From NCBI GenBank assembly GCA_041675005.1, contig JBAYUQ010000006.1, forward strand, positions 9,574 to 73,573: DNA of 64,000 nucleotides, read 5' to 3'. This document shows, one piece after another, positions 61,700 through 64,000 of this stretch. The position numbers were made by a program, and so were the translations under genes. Numbering within the stretch: the stretch's first letter is position 1; each line of letters opens with the position of its first letter. Origin of the DNA: Candidatus Kapaibacterium sp. Lineage in GTDB: Bacteria > Bacteroidota > Ignavibacteria > Kapaibacteriales > UBA2268. A model generated the notes under the pieces. The model was not told the DNA's origin and ran no database searches. It saw only the letters and a list, made by a program, of their open reading frames with translations.

Positions 61700-61910
61700 A
61701 GAACTCTTAATGGACGTTACTATCCCCTCCTCCAGACCCACTTTGAAATGGGCTACACGTTATTCGTCACTCAGAGGACACGCAGTGTCCGTAGAGCCCA
61801 GGTTAAGAAGCATTCCATAATGCCCGAGCGTGTCGGCATAATTTGGGGTCTGAAGTCCAATGTAGGTATGTGTTACCAAAAGAACCCTTCAGTAAAAACT
61901 GGCGGCAAGT
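61700..61910. ncRNA. candidate structured RNA (unassigned); GC-enriched island between convergent terminators
   Basis: By eye about 50% GC against a mid-30s background. Several stable local stems (GGACACgcaGTGTCC; GGGCTAC...GTAGaGCCC; ATGCC-10nt-GGCAT; CAGACCC...GGGTCTG). The overlapping 85-codon ORF has no protein-like features. Confidence 0.3.
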
Positions 61911-61915
61911 ACTCT

Positions 61916-61952
61916 ATAAAAAAAAAGAGACTGCTTTTTTCAAACAGTCTCT
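61916..61952 (-). terminator. rho-independent terminator, minus strand
   Basis: Minus-strand hairpin AGAGACTGtttgaaaaaagCAGTCTCT followed by TTTTTTTTT, downstream of the lipoprotein gene ending at 61981. Confidence 0.65.
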
Positions 61953-61980
61953 AAAATATTATTTATCACTTATTGTTAAT

Positions 61981-62745
61981 CTAATTTAGAATTGCCCAAG
62001 GTAATACGTCAATTTTAACTTTTTTTCCATTTATAGTTTCTAGCTCTATACCCACTAATCCAAATTTGTGATTTGTGTAATATGATACAGTTTTAAGTAA
62101 AGGGTCATTCGGTTGAGTTTCATCTACTTTTGTGACTTTTATGTTCCAAAATACTAGTGGGTAATCATCTTCTGTAGATTTGGAAACTATTTTTCTAGTG
62201 TATGTTGTTCCATCATCTGAAGTGAAAGAGTAAGAATCGCCCACACCGTCATCATATTTTATCAGAGTAAATGGTTTATTCGTGTTTCCTTTGCTATAAA
62301 CAAAGTCTTGTATTCCTTTGTCTGTTGCTTTCACTTTGATTTCTGTAGTTATAGTGATATTTTCCATATCGGTCGTATCCAACTGTGCATCAAACCGCTT
62401 TAGGAAATGATTCACAATACCTCTTTTTGTTTCTTCTGGCAGTAACTCTATTCCTAGTAGTGTATCAACTTCAATCATTGTTGACTCACTGACTATGAAT
62501 TTAGCACTCAGTGTCGTAATACCATTCTCCCTTTTGGTAACTACTACGGTATCTTTAACCTTGCTTAGTACACCCTTATCGTCACCTTCCATTTTCAAAG
62601 TTATTCCAAACTCACTACCCACCTTTGTTGCCTCTAGGTTAGTATCACCGTCCAATTCGTTTGGATTTGTACTACTATCATCAGAACATGACGCAAAAGC
62701 CAAGATTCCGAACGCCAATGCTATTGCAAAAATATATTTCTTCAT
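61981..62745 (-). CDS. lipoprotein, hypothetical
   Basis: Lipobox LAFASCSDD. Confidence 0.45.
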   Translation of the reverse strand: MKKYIFAIALAFGILAFASCSDDSSTNPNELDGDTNLEATKVGSEFGITLKMEGDDKGVLSKVKDTVVVTKRENGITTLSAKFIVSESTMIEVDTLLGIELLPEETKRGIVNHFLKRFDAQLDTTDMENITITTEIKVKATDKGIQDFVYSKGNTNKPFTLIKYDDGVGDSYSFTSDDGTTYTRKIVSKSTEDDYPLVFWNIKVTKVDETQPNDPLLKTVSYYTNHKFGLVGIELETINGKKVKIDVLPWAILN

Positions 62746-62839
62746 TCTACACCCTTATATTGTTTTGAAAATAATCTCATTCCTATTCATACAATAATAC
62801 GTTTTTATTTTTTATTTAGTTCCGTTAGGTCGTAGAAAT

Positions 62840-62927
62840 ACTCAGAGCTAAAGATACTTAGTCCCGAAAGGGTATTTAAGAATTATTTTTTTTCCTTGAC
62901 TCTTCGCTAACTACGTTAGCTCTGAGT
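62840..62927. repeat. perfect 12-bp inverted repeat (ACTCAGAGCTAA / TTAGCTCTGAGT) spaced 64 nt apart, enclosing a CCC-GAAA-GGG tetraloop hairpin
   Basis: Read directly from the sequence, in the 5' region of the lipoprotein gene. Confidence 0.5.
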
Positions 62928-63044
62928 GACGAGAACTTTGTATCCACGGTGTAAAAAAATCAGAAAATCAAATCTTTGTAGCTTCGTGTTAAAATAATCA
63001 GTTTTGAGACAGTCACGTCCTTTCAGTCATCGCTGTGACAAATT

Positions 63045-63995
63045 CTAGAATTTCACGAAGGTTTTTGTGTATCGGTTATCAGCAGTATTTACTACTAATG
63101 TATAGATGCCAGTCGATAAATTACTTACGTCCACTTTAATGATGTTATCAGTAGGAGGTAATGATAGTAGCTCTCTACCAGTCATATTATAAATTGCAAT
63201 ATCAGTGATTTCTATATTGGTATTTTTCTTCAAATATATGATGTCAGTAGTAGGGTTTGGGTAAACATCAAAAGTAATATCAAATGAACTTTCCACCGAA
63301 GTTGGATTACTGAGTACAGCTAATTCTGACATAGTGCCAATCACTAGCTGACTAATCTGATGGTAATATTCTAATCTCATAAGCGATAATTTATCGTCTG
63401 AACTGTGATAAGCAGGGTTGAAATCATCATTAAAAAAACCTTCTGTGACCAAAATAGCAGGGAAGTTGTATGCCCAAAATGAAGCATGATCGCTTCTATT
63501 AGTACCGGGTATTTGAACTGATTGTTCCAATTTGAAATTACTCTTTTCTAATATTTCTGTCACTTTATTAGCCAGTCTATCATTCTTAGGAGTATTACCA
63601 ATATGAATTTCGAACAGGTAATCGCCATCTCCGTCAAAGCCAATCATATCCATATTCAATACACCTGCTATTTTATCACTATTCTGAGAGGCAGTTCTTG
63701 CATAATTAGAACTACCTATTAGTCCATCTTCTTCTTCATCCCACAGGGCATAGACTATTGTAAAGTCAAATTTGTATTTGGATAGTATTCTAGCCGCTTC
63801 CAATACAGCAGAAGTTCCGCTTGCATTGTCATCTGCACAAAAATCATCAACTGAATCGTAATGAGCACTAACAATGAATAATGAATCGGGATATTTAGTA
63901 CCAATTTGCGTTCCTATTACATTGTAGCCACCCGGTCTATAGTTGTCAATTTTTGTACCTATTCCATAATCTTTCAATCTTTGTTCTAGATACAT
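63045..63995 (-). CDS. M28-family zinc aminopeptidase with a T9SS C-terminal sorting domain; the N-terminus probably extends beyond the window
   Basis: DDNASGTSAVLEAARIL and EEDGLIGS zinc-ligand motifs, MDMIG. C-terminal FDVYPNPTTDIIYLKK...GIYTLVVNT...KTFVKF. Confidence 0.7.
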   Translation of the reverse strand: MYLEQRLKDYGIGTKIDNYRPGGYNVIGTQIGTKYPDSLFIVSAHYDSVDDFCADDNASGTSAVLEAARILSKYKFDFTIVYALWDEEEDGLIGSSNYARTASQNSDKIAGVLNMDMIGFDGDGDYLFEIHIGNTPKNDRLANKVTEILEKSNFKLEQSVQIPGTNRSDHASFWAYNFPAILVTEGFFNDDFNPAYHSSDDKLSLMRLEYYHQISQLVIGTMSELAVLSNPTSVESSFDITFDVYPNPTTDIIYLKKNTNIEITDIAIYNMTGRELLSLPPTDNIIKVDVSNLSTGIYTLVVNTADNRYTKTFVKF

Positions 63996-64000
63996 AAAAG

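Noticed and set aside
61697-61954. 85-codon ORF (MRTLNGRYYPLL...) in the GC-rich intergenic island
   Set aside because: It sits over stem-loop-rich sequence between two terminators. Its composition is Arg/Gly-rich and GC-driven, and it has no signal or domain. It is more likely non-coding RNA.
1-64000. CRISPR arrays, tRNA/rRNA genes, transposases/integrases
   Set aside because: I found no short regularly spaced direct repeats, no GTTCGAATCC-type T-loop with a tRNA-length context outside CDSs, and no DDE or tyrosine-recombinase-like ORFs.

Overview
This 64-kb window is AT-rich chromosomal DNA, by eye about 35-38% GC. It looks like a Bacteroidota/Ignavibacteriota-type (FCB group) bacterium, based on many secreted proteins ending in type IX secretion (T9SS) C-terminal sorting domains, a TAnnTTTG-type -7 promoter box, and an rpoN plus NtrC-family activator. 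I call about 55 protein-coding genes and found no rRNA, tRNA, CRISPR array, transposase or integrase.

Housekeeping genes I recognise are rnhA, ybeY, gltX, guaA, tag, rpoN, a class-2 dihydroorotate-dehydrogenase-family gene, a MlaF-like ABC ATPase and an Omp85-family protein. Accessory content is seven T9SS cargo proteins (BNR/FN3 giant protein, PHB-depolymerase-like esterase, M28 peptidase and others), a YefM-YoeB toxin-antitoxin pair, and a DarT-DarG (ssDNA ADP-ribosyltransferase / macrodomain) module next to guaA. That module sits in a small islet with a PD-(D/E)XK/Hjc-like protein, a 3-TM small protein and a DUF2281-like orphan.

Several rho-independent terminators share an AGACTGTCT...AGACAGTCT hairpin. 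Two GC-enriched intergenic stretches look like structured RNAs, but I could not assign either to a family by eye. All family calls rest on motif recognition; none has been checked against a database.
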